From Octopus vulgaris (Eukaryota): 64,000 nucleotides of DNA. The notes below the pieces were generated by a model. The model saw only the letters and a list, made by a program, of their open reading frames with translations, had not been told where the DNA came from and searched no databases. This document shows positions 10,100 to 24,602 of the stretch, piece after piece (position 1 is the first letter of the stretch; every line of letters begins with the position of its first letter). The position numbers and the translations under genes were made by a program. The stretch spans positions 80,724,001 through 80,788,000 of the forward strand of contig OX597820.1 in assembly GCA_951406725.2 (NCBI GenBank), read 5' to 3'.

Positions 10100-12590
10100 T
10101 TTGAGAGATGTGTAATTTGCGGAAGGAAGAAATTATGCATCAACGATCGCTAAAAGGATGTCACAATACCGGACGAATGGAATACATTAATTTTCATATT
10201 GAAAAAGAAAACAACACTTTCATTACAAGATGAAGATGGGGACATTCCTTTGCGACAATACATCTAGCTGTCACTCTGAAGGTGACAACAGCGCGAGTTC
10301 AATCTAGTTCAAGAGATAGTCCAAATCAAGGAAGATTCCTCCACATAACCCCTACCTTCACAGATTCAAACGGAATCTCATAAACATGATTAATACGATA
10401 GAAGTCTAGAGAAACTCAACAAGGAAGAATGAACTTCTCAAAAAGCTGAAAGACAATTGAAAAGTTGAAGAATTCAACAGGAATGCTTGTACATGCGAGT
10501 TAGACTGGGAATCTTTACTGATTGAAACTCGAGAAGTATAAGGACCTTATACCTAAAAGGATATAAAATAGAACCATGATCCATTTGAAAGAAAATTAAT
10601 AAAGAATGTTAGAATATAGTGTGCGATATCAGATCATAGGATCGGACAAGCCTATAACATCAAAACCTCCTAAAATTAATTTAAAGGACCTTAAACCAAG
10701 TTTGGTTAGTAAACCTTCTGCGCAGCTAGTCTGTCGTTCTAAATCTGATATAAATAGGATAAGTTGATTTTATATATAGTTATTCCCGAGCTTAAAGCTA
10801 AGGTGGAATTCAGTATATGGTCTAAATACAGCTAAGTTATAGACTGGTGTAAAAGCATAAAAGATAAGAACAGGTATAAATTTGTTCAAGTTGATATAGA
10901 CAGCTACTATTAAAATATCAACCCTACACTTTTAAGACAAATCATCTAGAGTGATATAATTCTATGGGAGAACCCTTATTGATTTCGATGGAAACCGAAT
11001 TTAGAGGGATTTGTTATATGATTTCGATGCAACTATGGGATCTAACAATTCGGCGCAGGTCACATATTTAGTTGGTAATTATAATTTGAATAATTTAAAG
11101 GTTGATTTTTCAGACATTGCAGGTGGTCCATATAGAAACGATGCACTATTTATTTTCTGCAACCATAGCAATATAGAGATAGAAAGAATTAACAAAAAAC
11201 TTCTTGAAAAATATTGGTTCATCTATTACTATTGAGGGGGATCATAAAGGACGTTACGATCGAGCTTAATTCTGATTTGTATAGATCATGTAAGTCGCAC
11301 TAGGAAGTAATCTGCTATAATCCACCTTATGTTGTGAACGTAAAGTCTAGATTACGGAACATTTTTAACGGCTTTGGGAAAAATTTTCCTCCTTCCATCA
11401 TAGATATTTAATAAGCACATCATAAACTTTTCATATTCTACTTGCCCGAATGTTGTCGATCTTATAGGCACTATTAATAATCGAAAATTGAGGAATATAT
11501 TTATATTTTCGAATAATTTAGGTAACCATAACAGTTCTAATTCTAATACCAATTCCAGCATGAACAATTTGGTCTTGTTAGGTATGTGTAACAATTTGAA
11601 TAACGGGGACTCTAACAGTTCGTGTTCGGGTAACAACTAATTATCCATTACCCTTTAGATCATGTAACGACCATGTTTGATCTGCTGAGGGAAATAGATG
11701 AGGGGATGGTAAAAGCAATATCTACAGTACTGTGTTGTTAATATCGATAGAGATAGGGGTAGTGTTCCAACCTCATAGTAATTCTAATATCCCCACGGTT
11801 AGTAATAACGAAATTAGCAACAATGGAAGCAGCCATAATAGTATAAAGAATATTAGAACAAATTTGAAAAGTAATAACGAATTCAGACGTATGGATGATA
11901 ATATTGATCCTAAAAACAGCACTTCGACGGTGAAACTGAATATGTATAGTTATAGGCGACCAACCAAGTAATATAAGTATCTTATTGATAATGTGGTCTA
12001 CAAATGATCGATCTTATCATCGGGGCCAAGCGTATAATTATGTTGGCACGGCTTAAAGTAAAATTTCGAAATCATTTGCATAAATTTAGAACAAAGAATA
12101 AAGCCAATAACACGGCACTGTCTAAATTGATTTGAAATCTCAAACAACATGGTAAAAATATTCGATCTCTTCGTCGATAGTCAGACGAGTCATGCCAAAT
12201 ATAGGAGGCAGGAGCAATTGGACAATGCGCCATCACTGAGCGGATTGCTGTAATGAATATTCTCGTAATAAATTTGAGGTGATAAATATTAGATAAACCG
12301 CATTTTTAAAGAGAACATTTCTGTATAGTATCTATTAAGTAATTTATTTATCCATGTAACAGGACAGATTAGATATTGGGTTTAACTTAAGTGGTTACAT
12401 ATATATTATTTTATTACTTGTTATCTCCACGATCTCTCGACTAACTAACGGATAATGATATTGATCATAGATAGTTTCCTAGCTGTAAACGTTGTATGTG
12501 TGTGCACTCTGTTTATTATGAGATTAAATATTTATTCTTGTGAATGGGATTGAGCCATTGGATTGTTCTTATCAATGGACTATATTATAT
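10100..12590 (+). mobile_element. Decayed Penelope-like element (RT and GIY-YIG relics)
   Basis: FDATMGSNNSAQVTYLVG...GPYRNDAL resembles PLE RT (FDVTMGS.DGAE..ELVG...GLYRDD). Near 12000-12150, FRNHLHKFRTKNKANNTALSK resembles the GIY-YIG region. Ends are approximate. Confidence 0.78.
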
Positions 12591-12592
12591 GG

Positions 12593-12645
<53 letters not shown>

Positions 12646-12753
12646 CATATATAAAGTTAATTCAAACATGAATGCACAAAAAAACACAACAACGAGAGGA
12701 CGTGGAATAAATATAGTATTATTGGACGCTCAGGAAAGAAGGAAAGAAGGAGG

Positions 12754-12788
12754 GTTTAATGTTTCGAGCGGAGCTCTTCGTCGGAAAC
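12754..12788 (-). ncRNA. Decayed minimal hammerhead-like motif (same architecture as 924-959)
   Basis: Reverse complement gttt CcGACGA a GAGC tcc GCTC GAAAC ATT aaac. Confidence 0.5.
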
Positions 12789-12894
12789 ATAGGGGAAGGA
12801 AAGATCCAGAGAAGGGAAGACAGAGGAAAAAAATCGCCAACGGTACACACGCGGTCACATTTTGAATATATATATATATATGTATATATATACA

Positions 12895-12928
<34 letters not shown>

Positions 12929-12937
12929 CATATATAT

Positions 12938-13000
<63 letters not shown>

Positions 13001-13592
13001 TATATATATATATATATATATACAGGCATTTGTATTTAAAATGAACATCTTCGCTAATTGTAAGAATAACATCTAAATTTATCAGCGTAGTAGCTTATGC
13101 GCTAGTATATCAAACCAACCGAATGGTTGAAAGTAAAGGGTCTAATTAAATATGAAAGTGTCCATGCATATGCTAATGTTTACACACTTATACAAGAGTA
13201 CTATATATGTAAAGCTGGATATATGAATAATTATACAGATGTATATATGTTTCCTTATGCACTTAAGTGCATATGCACATTAGACTAGAAGATATTTAGA
13301 ATTTCACCGTGATTCAATATGTGTATCAGTTCCGCCTGTGTTCTCGAGCACATACGACAGCAACTTGATGCCACCCCGAAAGGTATTCATTTGAACGCTG
13401 TTTTAAAATGATGTTCTGGTAACTGAAGTAAATGGCACGCTGTTTTCAGTCATCGTTCTGTGATAATTTCGCGTAGTTGACTCTCTTTAGAGATGGAAAA
13501 ATATGACATAAAATATACCTGTGTTTACGTTTATATATAATCTATTTATATATGTGTGTTTATACATGTATATATGTGTACGTATGCATACA

Positions 13593-13648
<56 letters not shown>

Positions 13649-14209
13649 TGTGTATGTGTGTACGAGTTTGTAAATGTTTATATTTTAAGGTACGTGTATG
13701 CATGTATATGTATACATATATATTTCTGTATGTGTATTTATGTATGTATATGTATGTGTGTGTGTATATATATATACATATAAATACATACATACATACA
13801 TATATATATATGTATGTATGTATATATATATATTTATATATATACCTCATTTGTAATACATATATTACAACTGGTGCCTTTCTCTATTTGGATACACATA
13901 ATTTTTTAGAGGCTTTACGCATCAGCATTTTACTTTAAAGCTGTTTTAGGTACGTTATGTCGATTTAATTGTAACAGGTTCGGTTAGTATAATTCAATAA
14001 TTGTTTTGTTTAGTGGTTCCTATATTGGAACAAACATATTCTGCTTAACTCTGAACATGCGACTGAGGAAACCTAATCAGGTCGGAACACCGTCTCACCG
14101 GGTTCGGAATAAAGCCCTATGTTTTGTAACACAATCTCCAAGACATATTTCTGAGACAAATTATTATAGCCAGTACCTTCCCAAATTTGTATACACATTA
14201 GATGTTATA

Positions 14210-14630
14210 CACAGCTATCATCATCATTGTTCGACCGTGGTCGAGACAATGGAATTTACTATGCTACGTCAGACTTCACGGTCCATCATAGCATTACAGA
14301 GGTCCTGTTGCTGGATGCCTGTATCCCTGGAGATTACATCATGGTAGGAGAGTGTGCGCCCTCTGCTATCGCGAGTAGATGGCTTCCAGAGAAGAAGAGT
14401 AGAAATTGCCTCGTTTTCAGCTCTACAACAATGTCCAGCGAACTGGAATCTCCTACCTTTCACAAGAGATGATACAAGTGGTAGTTTCCCATATATTTCT
14501 ACTATATGGCTCAGAAACCTGGACATTATCAAAGAAGCTTGAGAGGTGGTTGCATGGAACTTACACTCGCCTCTTTATGAGAGCTCAAAATCTCTCGTGG
14601 AAGCGTCATCCAACCAAAGTGCACAGCTAT
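14210..14630 (-). mobile_element. RTE-clade LINE 3' end with inverted 5' segment and 9-bp TSD
   Basis: Minus: IYGKLPLVSSLVKGRRFQFAGHCCRAE...MMDREV with (GAT)n tail. Plus: LLYGSETWTLSKKLERWLHGTYTRLFMRAQNLSWKRHPTK. Direct repeat cacagctat at 14210-14218 and 14622-14630. Confidence 0.85.
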
Positions 14631-14885
14631 ACACATAGTTCGCCCCCCCTCCCCAAAAAATGAAAAAAGAAAAAATGTATACACACTTCAGGAAAGGAAA
14701 AATCTATTTAAATATTTTCATTCAGTTATCGCAATTTGATAAAAATCGAAAGAGGTATCTATATTTATAGAGGTTAAATATTTATACAGATTTTTCCTTT
14801 CCGTAAGTGAGTGTGTTCAATTTATAAGGCAGTAAAAGAGAATGACTCTTTTATATATATATGCACATATATATATATATACATA

Positions 14886-14926
<41 letters not shown>

Positions 14927-14961
14927 ATATGTATATGTATATAAATATGTATATATGTATA

Positions 14962-15011
<50 letters not shown>

Positions 15012-15144
15012 TATATGTATATATTGGCCTCCTCGCTTAGCCAGCGGGGTGGCGTCATTCGAAGGCTAAAACAATGCGAATGCATTGTGACCAGCGATGT
15101 GTAACCACATCTGATGGTCTGGTCGGTCACGTGATCACGTGATG

Positions 15145-15209
<65 letters not shown>

Positions 15210-15349
15210 GATATGTATATATATATATGTATATATATATTTATTTATATATGCATATATATGTATATATATTTATGTATATATGCATGTATATGTGTAT
15301 ATATATATTTATGTATATATATATATATGTATATATATTACAGTTAATA

Positions 15350-16204
15350 AGATTTGACACATATCCTTCAATCGTTACTTATTTAATTTTAATTTACCCA
15401 TCTTAGAACATGCCTACTGCGTGCTCTGAAGACTTCCAAAATTCACTTGTCTGTGACGGAAAATACTCTACCAGTACTGTTCCTACCTCGTCTACAGATT
15501 TCACATTCTTTCCGCTAAAATGATTTTGAAGACTGCAGAATAAATGATAATCAGATGGGGTAATATCCGGCGAATATAGTGGGTAGGGTATCGTTTCCTA
15601 TTCAAACTGTTCTAGCGTTTGGAATGTCATCCTCACTGTGTATGTTTGAGCATTATCCTGGTGGAAGAACACCTTTCGTCTAGCAACCAAAGATGGTCAT
15701 TTTTCTTCTAGCGCTGACTTGAATGATTGGTTGAATGACCAAATCCAAGCTTCTCTGCTAGTTCCTCAACAGTTACGATGGGATTTTGTTCCACGAGGGT
15801 TTTGCAGGACGTCATCGTCGAGCTCTACAGATCTTCCAGTATGAGGCTCATTTTCTAGGCTGTAGTTTCCGGCTTGGAATTTCTGGATCCACCGTTGACA
15901 CTGGTTTATGCTTATTGTCCGATCCCCATATTATATATATTCCTCGCACTTTCCGTTGCGTTGTTGCCTTAATTGAACTCATAAAGCAAAACATGCCGAA
16001 TATGCTCCTTTGTCACTTCCATTATAGATTTGAAAAAAATAAATGTTAAAATCGAACTGCACCCTGCAAAACTTGCACTAAGAATAAGCACAAGGTAAAA
16101 TTACTACATGATTTTATAGCAATTGATGCAGGTAGTTTGTTCCGTCCCCTTCCGAATTTTAGTTCATGCAATTGAAAAACCGCATTATTTATGGGATGAC
16201 CCAA
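15350..16204 (-). mobile_element. Decayed mariner transposon
   Basis: Minus strand YSPDITPSDYHLF (~15540-15585) and QDNA (~15650-15660). Terminus TA|TTGGGTCATCCCATAAATAATGCGG at ~16205. Confidence 0.8.
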
Positions 16205-18869
16205 TATATATCGTTGTATTCTTTCGTTTCTCGTTGCGTGAAGTCTATGCAATCTGTACTTTAAATTTAAAACGCATTTCTTTACTCCTATTGTTTTGTA
16301 TGCGCCAAAAACCTAGAATTATATTATCCTTGATTATTTAATGAGAGTTTACGAAGCTGTTTATTTCTAGAATTACACTGAATGACCTTTTTAAATCATA
16401 AGCTGTCTACACATAAATTAAGAAGACAATTGCCCGGGCTATTTTGTTTGTATTTAGGAAGTTATTTCAAGTATATATTACTAAGTTAAGCGACGCTAAC
16501 AACAACAATGTTCAGACAAATACCACAGACACGGTAGCATATAGGTATTCAATTTTTTGCGACGTATTTTAGTACCTGGAATGGAAATAGAAATAGATTT
16601 TCTGTAATCTTTTTTTTACAATATAGCTATTTGAATTAAAAATTCAGGTAATTAGGTGGACGATGAGGAGGAAGATGTAGAAGTATGAGTCTGCGTTCAT
16701 AGATAGGAACGATCCAGCAATAAATGATATGTATTTCTATGTATTTATTATTTCAAGCAGAAACAATTATAGTTTACAAATGCAGAATGTAATTAGTCTT
16801 ATCGAAAAACATATTTGCTAACATATAGTTAATATAAACAGAATAATGCAGTTAATTTAATGGTAAGATATTTGCACGTATATAGAAATGCATGAATGTA
16901 TGTCGGTAATACAGCACAAGGGTGATATTGTCCTTTGCCGAGCATGAAATACCTATTTCTTTATTGCCCACAAGGGGCTAAACATAGAAGGGACAAACAA
17001 GGACAGACAAAGGGATTAAGTCGATTACATCGACCCCAGTGCGTAACTGGTACTTAATTTATCGATCCCGAAAGGATGAAAGACAAAGTCGACCTCGGCG
17101 GAATCTGAACTCAGAACGTAGCGCCAGACAAAATACTGCTAAGCATTTCGCCCGGCGTGCTAACGTTTCTGCCTGCTCGCCACCTTCCGAGCATGAAATA
17201 CCAAGTATGTTATGCAAAAAACATGTAGAAGAAAGCAAGAGCACACTTTCGTGCAGCGTCCAAGGCGGCTCTACTAGAGGGTTCTATATTCCAACTTTTT
17301 TATAACTTTGAGAAATTTTTTCCAAAACCTACGAAAATACAATTTGACAGGAATTTGCATAACTTTCTTTAATCTCCTTACTGTGAATTGCTACATGCTA
17401 GCGGATGTTGATTCGTCAATAAACATTTACGTAGACATTAATGTTCTTCATGCCGATAGAATTAGGCTTATGGAGCTGGTCAATGAAATCAGCGAGATCC
17501 GCCCTGCACGTAACAACATATGATCAACATAAACCCAGAAGTCAGAAATTCTCGGGCACTGGATGAGTGCGTGCAAAAGTTTCATCGCTCTGCGCATTTC
17601 TCAGACAGATCCGGCTGTCGGTATCCTCGTACTTTATAGTTTACCTCAAACCGGCAATGTCCCTTGGTAGCAGTGCCAGAATAGGGATTTATGCAAATTA
17701 TCCATGGGCCCCGCCCCAAGGATGGTTTTCGTTGGATACCGTGTATGAAAAAAAAAAAAACCTTTGGAGGGCTGATGAAATCAGTAGTGACAACGATGTC
17801 TTGTTCACTTGGAGATCTGGATGAAACCGATCTGTTCATTCAGGACTCTATGATGCTGTTCAGGTGTCAAGCTGCAGGCCTATTAAATTATCCTGGTTAA
17901 TATTCCCTCCTATTCCCTTAGATCGATTTGTTCCTTCTCTAACAATATTATGGTAACTTTTCATGCATATGTCAACACGGCACATCTGCATGATGCTCAA
18001 TAGCCCTGGCTTTCACACTAGTGGCTCCAGCATCAATACATACAGAAGAAACAAGAATGAACAATCTCGGTGGTCAGAACGTATGAGACTGAATGGTTCT
18101 GATAGGTAGCCATTTAACCAGATGACTGGTCGCTTTGACGATAGCTGCCAAATACCGATGGCCGAACTTATCGAAAGCTTTCAATTGATCTAAGTTGATC
18201 AGAGTTCACCCGTGCTAGGTTTATTAATATCCCTCTCAATGATGTGTCACATAAGATAGAGGTTGTCGTGGTTTGTATGTTTGGTTTGGCACTATCTGCG
18301 CCTCACCCTCGTTCGGGTCCTTCTCAGCAGTGCCATCTCACCTCGCCTCAGAGGACTGGGAATTTTCTCATGAAAGCTTGCTAAGAGTTCGCCGAAAATT
18401 TCTGATATATTAGCGTAAAACTCGTAAGGAAGGCCAACCAAACCAAGCCCCTCGTGCAGCCAAACATGGCTTCCTTTATTTTCACAACGCTCCGATGCCC
18501 CCGCCGAGAGTCGCTGCTGGTTGCAGAGTTAGGCACTAAAGTCCATCCTGCATTTCAGCCGCCGTCCCACTCTTGCCGAACAATTGTGCATAGTGCCACC
18601 GAAAAGTCATACATATCTTCCTGGAACCGAGTAAGAAGCGTTCGTTGTGATCCACCAAAGACCTAGCTATGGCTTTCTAATCATGTTGTTCCTCTGCCAC
18701 TTTGGCCTATCGAATAGCTTTCGCTCACTATTGTCTTGAAGCCTAGCTTAGCCTTTTAGAAACGCAGCCATCCTGTTTCGCTTTGAGAATTAGTCAAGAT
18801 CTAATCTCACTGCAAGCAAGTGAGCTGCATTTTCTCTGCAAGTCTTCTAAGTTTCTAAGTCTGCTTCTA

Positions 18870-21600
18870 TTGTAATCCTTAATGTCGGATTGTTATAACG
18901 ACCACTCTAATATAGCAATATCGTTAGTAAGACAAGTAGGACCACGACTATCTATGAACGTCTGCTTCGTACTCACTCTTTATACTGACGAACCTCAACT
19001 TATAGCGACTATCTCATATCCCTCGTCACGTGGGAGAGGTGTATCATCATTATTATTATCCACACATCTCCCCTTTTAAGTTTTCCATTTTGTCTTAGAA
19101 CATTTCATCTTTTAATAACAATACTTTTTATATCACCTCATCTCTTTTTTGAGTTCTTTTTTTTCGAAGTTACACATTTAATATTTTTTCTATTTGGCAT
19201 CCACTTCCTGGTACTCCGTACATTTTCTTTTTCTTACGCTTGTGCGCTTGGGTTCAATCATCTATAGTGGCATTGGTACTTGAAAAGTATCATATAACCA
19301 TTCCATTGGTTCTTCCATCCTCTTGGGTTCGCTTTCAATGAATCTTTTTTCAGTTGGTTCATATGTCTATTGTATAGCCTTTTCTATTTTTTTTTTATCA
19401 AGAATAGCGTTTTACCAATGCGTTTGGTAATCATGCCATCCTCCCAACTCTGTTTTCCATTCTTACATGGCTTCACAAACACCTTTTCAATTCTGAAAAA
19501 ATCTTGGCATATTTTTTCTTTGCAATTTTTCTTTTCTCGTCCGATAGCAATTTGTCGAAGACTGATTATATTTTCCTTGTAAACATCAGCTCCACTGATG
19601 ACATATCTGCTGGTGTATTTGGATTTGGTATCAACACGGTATACTCCTAAGAATTGTTGTAGAGATACCTCCTCCGTGTCTTCCTTATTCGACTTTCTTA
19701 GGGCTCTCTTGAACGTATCGATAAAGTGTTCTGCTTGTCCGTTAGATATGAGATGGTATGGTGCCTTAGTTATATGTTCTACAGCGAACGTTTTACAGAA
19801 CTTTTTTAATTCAAAAGACTCAAAATGTGTTTCATTATCAGACACTATCGCGTCTGGGATGTCAAACAGTTTAAGTAAAAAAACAGTTCATGTAAAAAAT
19901 GTTTTCCTTTGTTTTCGTGAAAAAGCCCAGTTCCTCCGAGAAAACATCTGGAAATAAATATTTTATTTTTTGTTTCAGTCCCTCAGCCCGAACCTTCGAC
20001 TGAACCGACTATGTTCCCACGCAAAACACTTGTGGGCGTATTCCACAATTTGAATAGTTCCATCCGCTCTGTGCCGACTAGACTAGCTGAATATTTTAGC
20101 ACATATATTTTTGCTGTTAAGGCGGCGAGCTGGCAAAAGCGTTAGCACGCTGGGCGAAATGCGTAGCCCTATTTCATCTGCCGCTACGTTCTGAGTTCAA
20201 ATTCCGCCGAGGTCGACTTTGCCTTTCATCCTTTCGGGGGTCGATAAATTAAGTACCAGTTACGCACTGGGGTCGTTGTAATCGACTTAATCCATTTTCT
20301 CTCCTTGTTTGTCCCTTCTATGTTTAGCCCCTTGTGGGTAATAAAGAAACATATATTTTTGCCGTTTTTATTTGGTCACAAACTGTTACACTACACACAA
20401 ATTCACCAACAAAATACAATCTTTTATCCGTAACACTACGTACTACTTTTGTAGATTTACTTAATTTTGGTTTACCGATATACTTCTAAGTTTGTTTCGT
20501 TCATAATGGTAATATCACTTCCAGTGTCTAACTGCATTTTTACTCTTATATTTTTAATTTTCACATTTATGAATTTTCTCTTTGTTATATTACCATTTTC
20601 TTTCGATTATATACTGTTTATTCTTTTTCTCTTGTTCCAACGTCTCGTCATCTTGGTTTTACAAATGCGTTTTTATGTGTTCAATTTTTCCACAACGGAA
20701 GCATTCTGCTTTCATTAATGGGCAGTTTTTTCTCTAGTGCAGACCTCCACATGCAAAACATCGATTTGTTTCCTGACTCTTGCGCTGTTTGTACTGTATT
20801 TTAGTACACACACATGATTTCTATTCTGTTTATTTCACACTTGTTTCACTTGAGAGCAATCTTTATGTTCAATTTTCTCTGTGTCGTGCCATCTTAGATT
20901 TACTATTCTTTCACACTCTTCTGACACTTGTAAGGTTACAGCTTGGTTTCGTTTCAGCTTAGCGACATTTCTTGTACTTACTTCAGCGTCTTTCTCTACA
21001 GTTAGTCCCTGAGTAAATATCAAGCACTTGAACATATCTGGCGTTAATTCGTCCAGCTTAATATTTTTACCTTCCCAGTTAACTCTACCAGCAAATGTTG
21101 TTCTTTACTAGGTTCAAACATTCCCAACGTGTATTGAGCAACGAGTTTTTCTCACTAAAAATTCTACACAATATGTCTTGTGTACCGTTAAAGTTTATAT
21201 CAGAAAGTTTTTTCGAGTACGTTCTACTGCTGCCAGTTTTTTTTTCTAAGATTAAACGCGTTTACATATCGTCAACACAATCTTTGCACTCTTTATTGGA
21301 GATTTGTTCGTATCTTCTATAGTAAGCCTCGAAGGTAATTCCTTCATCTGGTTCGTACTTAAACTCTGCTGTAGAGTTTGCAATATAATATGACGTGGAC
21401 ATTCTTTTAGCATTTCCTGACGACTTACTATTCATTAATTGGAATGGGTCTACTGTTTTTACTATTATCCCCCAAACACCCTCTAATCTAGTTTTCTCTA
21501 TCGCTGCTTTCATACCTTATCGTTCTACTCTTATCGTCCTGAAAAGGGAGTATCCTCAATATGTTGTCGACGTTTGCTCCCGGGCAACTAAATCGTTAAC
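18870..21600 (-). mobile_element. Decayed Ty3/Gypsy (K02A2.6-like) LTR retrotransposon with internal deletion and nested insertions
   Basis: Integrase relic SDNETHF...FCK..AVEHITKAPYH..SNGQAEHFIDTFKRAL. Gag relic FKYEPDEGITFEAYYRRYE. Polypurine tract aaaaggggaga followed by TG at ~19066-19077 (minus). Ends are approximate. Confidence 0.82.
20119..20349 (+). mobile_element. Full-length SINE inserted into the Gypsy relic, with TSD
   Basis: Same family as 4918. Flanked by direct repeats acatatatttttgc(t/c)gtt at 20101 and ~20349. Confidence 0.88.
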
Positions 21601-22117
21601 TCGGTTTCTGTAAGCTTGACGTGCTGGGAAAGATGCGCTCAGTTCCCAGTAATCGGGGTTCTGTGTAGCCGATTATTTTAAGTTGTGGACAACCTATGTT
21701 ATCCCTATGTGCTGGTCTATAGAATACCTTATCTAGATATAATCCAAACGACTCAATGTTTTTAAAACTTTCTTCGGATTTGTATTTTAAGTATCGAAAA
21801 TTAAGATATTTCACAATACATGAATAATCATTTCCACTATAGGCACACGGCCTGAAATTTGAAGGAAGAGTACTAGTCGGTTACATCGACCCCAGTGATT
21901 CACTGGTACTTAATTTATCGACCCCTAAAGGATGAAAGGCAAAGTCGACCTCGGCGGAATTTGAACTCAGAACGTAGCGACGGGCGAAATACCACTAAGC
22001 AGTTCGTCCAGTTTGCTAACGATTCTGCCAGCACGCCACCTTATGCAACAATAATAATATTAATAATAATAATAACCATACTTATAATTAACTCCATGTT
22101 TACTTCTCTATCTGCAG

Positions 22118-22347
22118 GCTCCAACTGAACTTCATGCCGCTGAGCTCTCTGAGCTGGTAAATTACTTATTGAAACCAGCCAAAACTGATGTGGCCAAAGT
22201 CCGTGTTATATTTCGATGGATTTCTGGTCAAGACTTACTACGATACAAACACATTCATGCTCCACCGAAGGAATCTGCTGCTATGTATCTGAATGATTTG
22301 AAACAAAACAAAGGAAGCTACGAATCACTCTTTCGCCAAATGTGCAA
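22118..22347 (+). CDS. Coding exon 2, transglutaminase-like domain N-part (APTELHAAELSELVNYLL...KVRVIFRWI...YESLFRQMC)
   Basis: Acceptor ttctctatctgcag, donor AA|gtaagt (phase 2), 230 nt, KY-family motifs. Confidence 0.92.
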
Positions 22348-23063
22348 GTAAGTTATCTCAAAAATTTCATTTCCATTCCACATGAATGATGATTTTTTGC
22401 CCTCTTTCCTTGTTGTGCGCGCGTATTTGATATGTCGTAGCAACCAAAAACACTACATAGATCAACAGTGTCTTCAACTGTATACACAGTACCGTTGTAC
22501 ATATATAAAGCGTCAACAAAATGAATTATCCCAATTAATGAAATTGGTGCTATATTTTGTATACTTTGCTATAGTTAAAACCTTTCCATTTGTAGAAAGA
22601 TTGTTCTCCCTAAGGAGGCTTAAACTGATTCTCAAATGTGACACTGGGAAGCAGTGAATTCGCTGTTTCGCATCAACAACTCTTTTGTATTCTTTTGTAT
22701 TCGTCACAATAAATATGAGGTGATTAGTAAATATTGAAACTGTTCAAACATTAATTGGACATAGACGCGGGAGTGGCTGTATGGTAAAAAGCTTGCTTCC
22801 CAACTACATGGTTCCAGGTTCAGTCCCGGTAACTAACAAATAATGGTCCTTATTTAGGAAAGTTTTTAGTCGAACGGGATTTATTTCTTAAAACTAGTAC
22901 CCTTTTGCTGAACCGCTTAAAACTAGGTCCCTTTTGCTGAACCGCTAGGTTACGGGAACGTAAACACCGCGACACCGTTTGTTAAGCGATGATGGTGGAC
23001 AAACACAGACATGCACACGCATATATATATATGTGTGTGTGTGTATGTGTGTGTGTGTGTTTG

Positions 23064-23109
<46 letters not shown>

Positions 23110-23125
23110 TATATATATGTATGTA

Positions 23126-23172
<47 letters not shown>

Positions 23173-23404
23173 GACAGGCTTCTTTCAGCTTCTGTCTACC
23201 AGATTCTACTCACAAGACACATGCCCAACTTTCCACGCACTTGGACTCAACTCAGAACCATGTGGTTGGGAAGCAAGCCTCTTACTACACCTCACGCCAT
23301 ATGTGTGTTTGTGTATTTCGCATAAGCATTGTGAAACTAATAACCTGGAGTAGAACTCAATATACACATGTCTAAGAAAGCGTTAGTCGAGTACAGAGCA
23401 GTAA

Positions 23405-23733
23405 TAAGAAACTAAGATGACAAAGGAATAACCGATCATCTTATGAACTTCAGTAGCTTGTAGTTGTTTCTGCTATAAGATGCAGTGGACTGATAGTTGA
23501 GTATCTGAGTAACGTAGCTTCACGGGAGCTGCGAATATGAAGTGTAATTTATTTGGTAATAATGTAGTTCTTTTCTTGAATAAATTACACTTCTTATTCG
23601 AGGTTCTGGTGATGCTATAACGTGTTATTCAGGCACTCAGCCATGAGTCCACTGCATCTTGGTAGCAGAAACAGCTGCAAGCTACTGAAATGCATAAGAT
23701 AATCGTTTATTCCTTTGTCATCTCAGTTTCTTA
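23405..23733. repeat. ~150-bp-arm imperfect palindrome carrying a decayed hammerhead-like motif
   Basis: taagaaactaagatgacaaaggaataa... pairs with ...ttattcctttgtcatctcagtttctta. Right arm has CTGgTGA TGCTA...TAGCA GAAAC AGCT G. Confidence 0.8.
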
Positions 23734-23753
23734 TACATATGTATATATATGTT

Positions 23754-23828
<75 letters not shown>

Positions 23829-24564
23829 AATTGAATTCAGAACGGAAAAAAATAGCGTAAGGCATTTTGTCCATCACTATCAATTCTACCAGGTTATCGA
23901 CGTTAGACATACACGTATACGCGCGCGCGTGATAGTATCATACCAATAAGATTAATGTACTCTTTAGTTATTTCCCCCCACCCCACCCAAACGGATGTAA
24001 TGTATCCTAGTATAAGCATTTTAGACCATACTATAAACTTTATTAGCGTACATGCTTCGATAATTTTATACAAATACAGGAGTGTGTGTTTTTATGTATT
24101 TGTGTCAATGCCTTTGTATGATTAATACGCCACTGTAGGTAATCATGTATATTCAGAGGCGTGAATGTGCGCACGCGTGCACATATCATCATTCAAATGT
24201 TACATCATATACAGACTGTCACCAATAGACACCTCAAATGTAAACGCAAAAGAAAAAAAGTAATCTTTTAGATATTTACTTGGTAAATAAACAAAAGATT
24301 ATACACTAATTCGCTTCCCGCCCTATAGTTGAAATTACAATGAATGACACCTCCAAACCAGACACATTGAATACTCACCTCACCTTATATATTGCAGGTG
24401 CATCCGTTTTTATTCATTGTCACTATCAGTCAAGAGTGACACTAGAGTAAACATTTTTGTTATATGTATACATGCACATACACGTTCTCTTTCTCTCTCT
24501 CTCTTCCACGCACAACACACACGATACCACAATTATATATATGTATGTGTGTGTATGCATGAAT

Positions 24565-24602
<38 letters not shown>

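Noticed and set aside
17530-18860. Complex higher-GC stretch with short ORFs (also 27380-28350, 47230-48700)
   Set aside because: No splice-compatible exon or confident motif. Probably old retroelement debris that I cannot classify.
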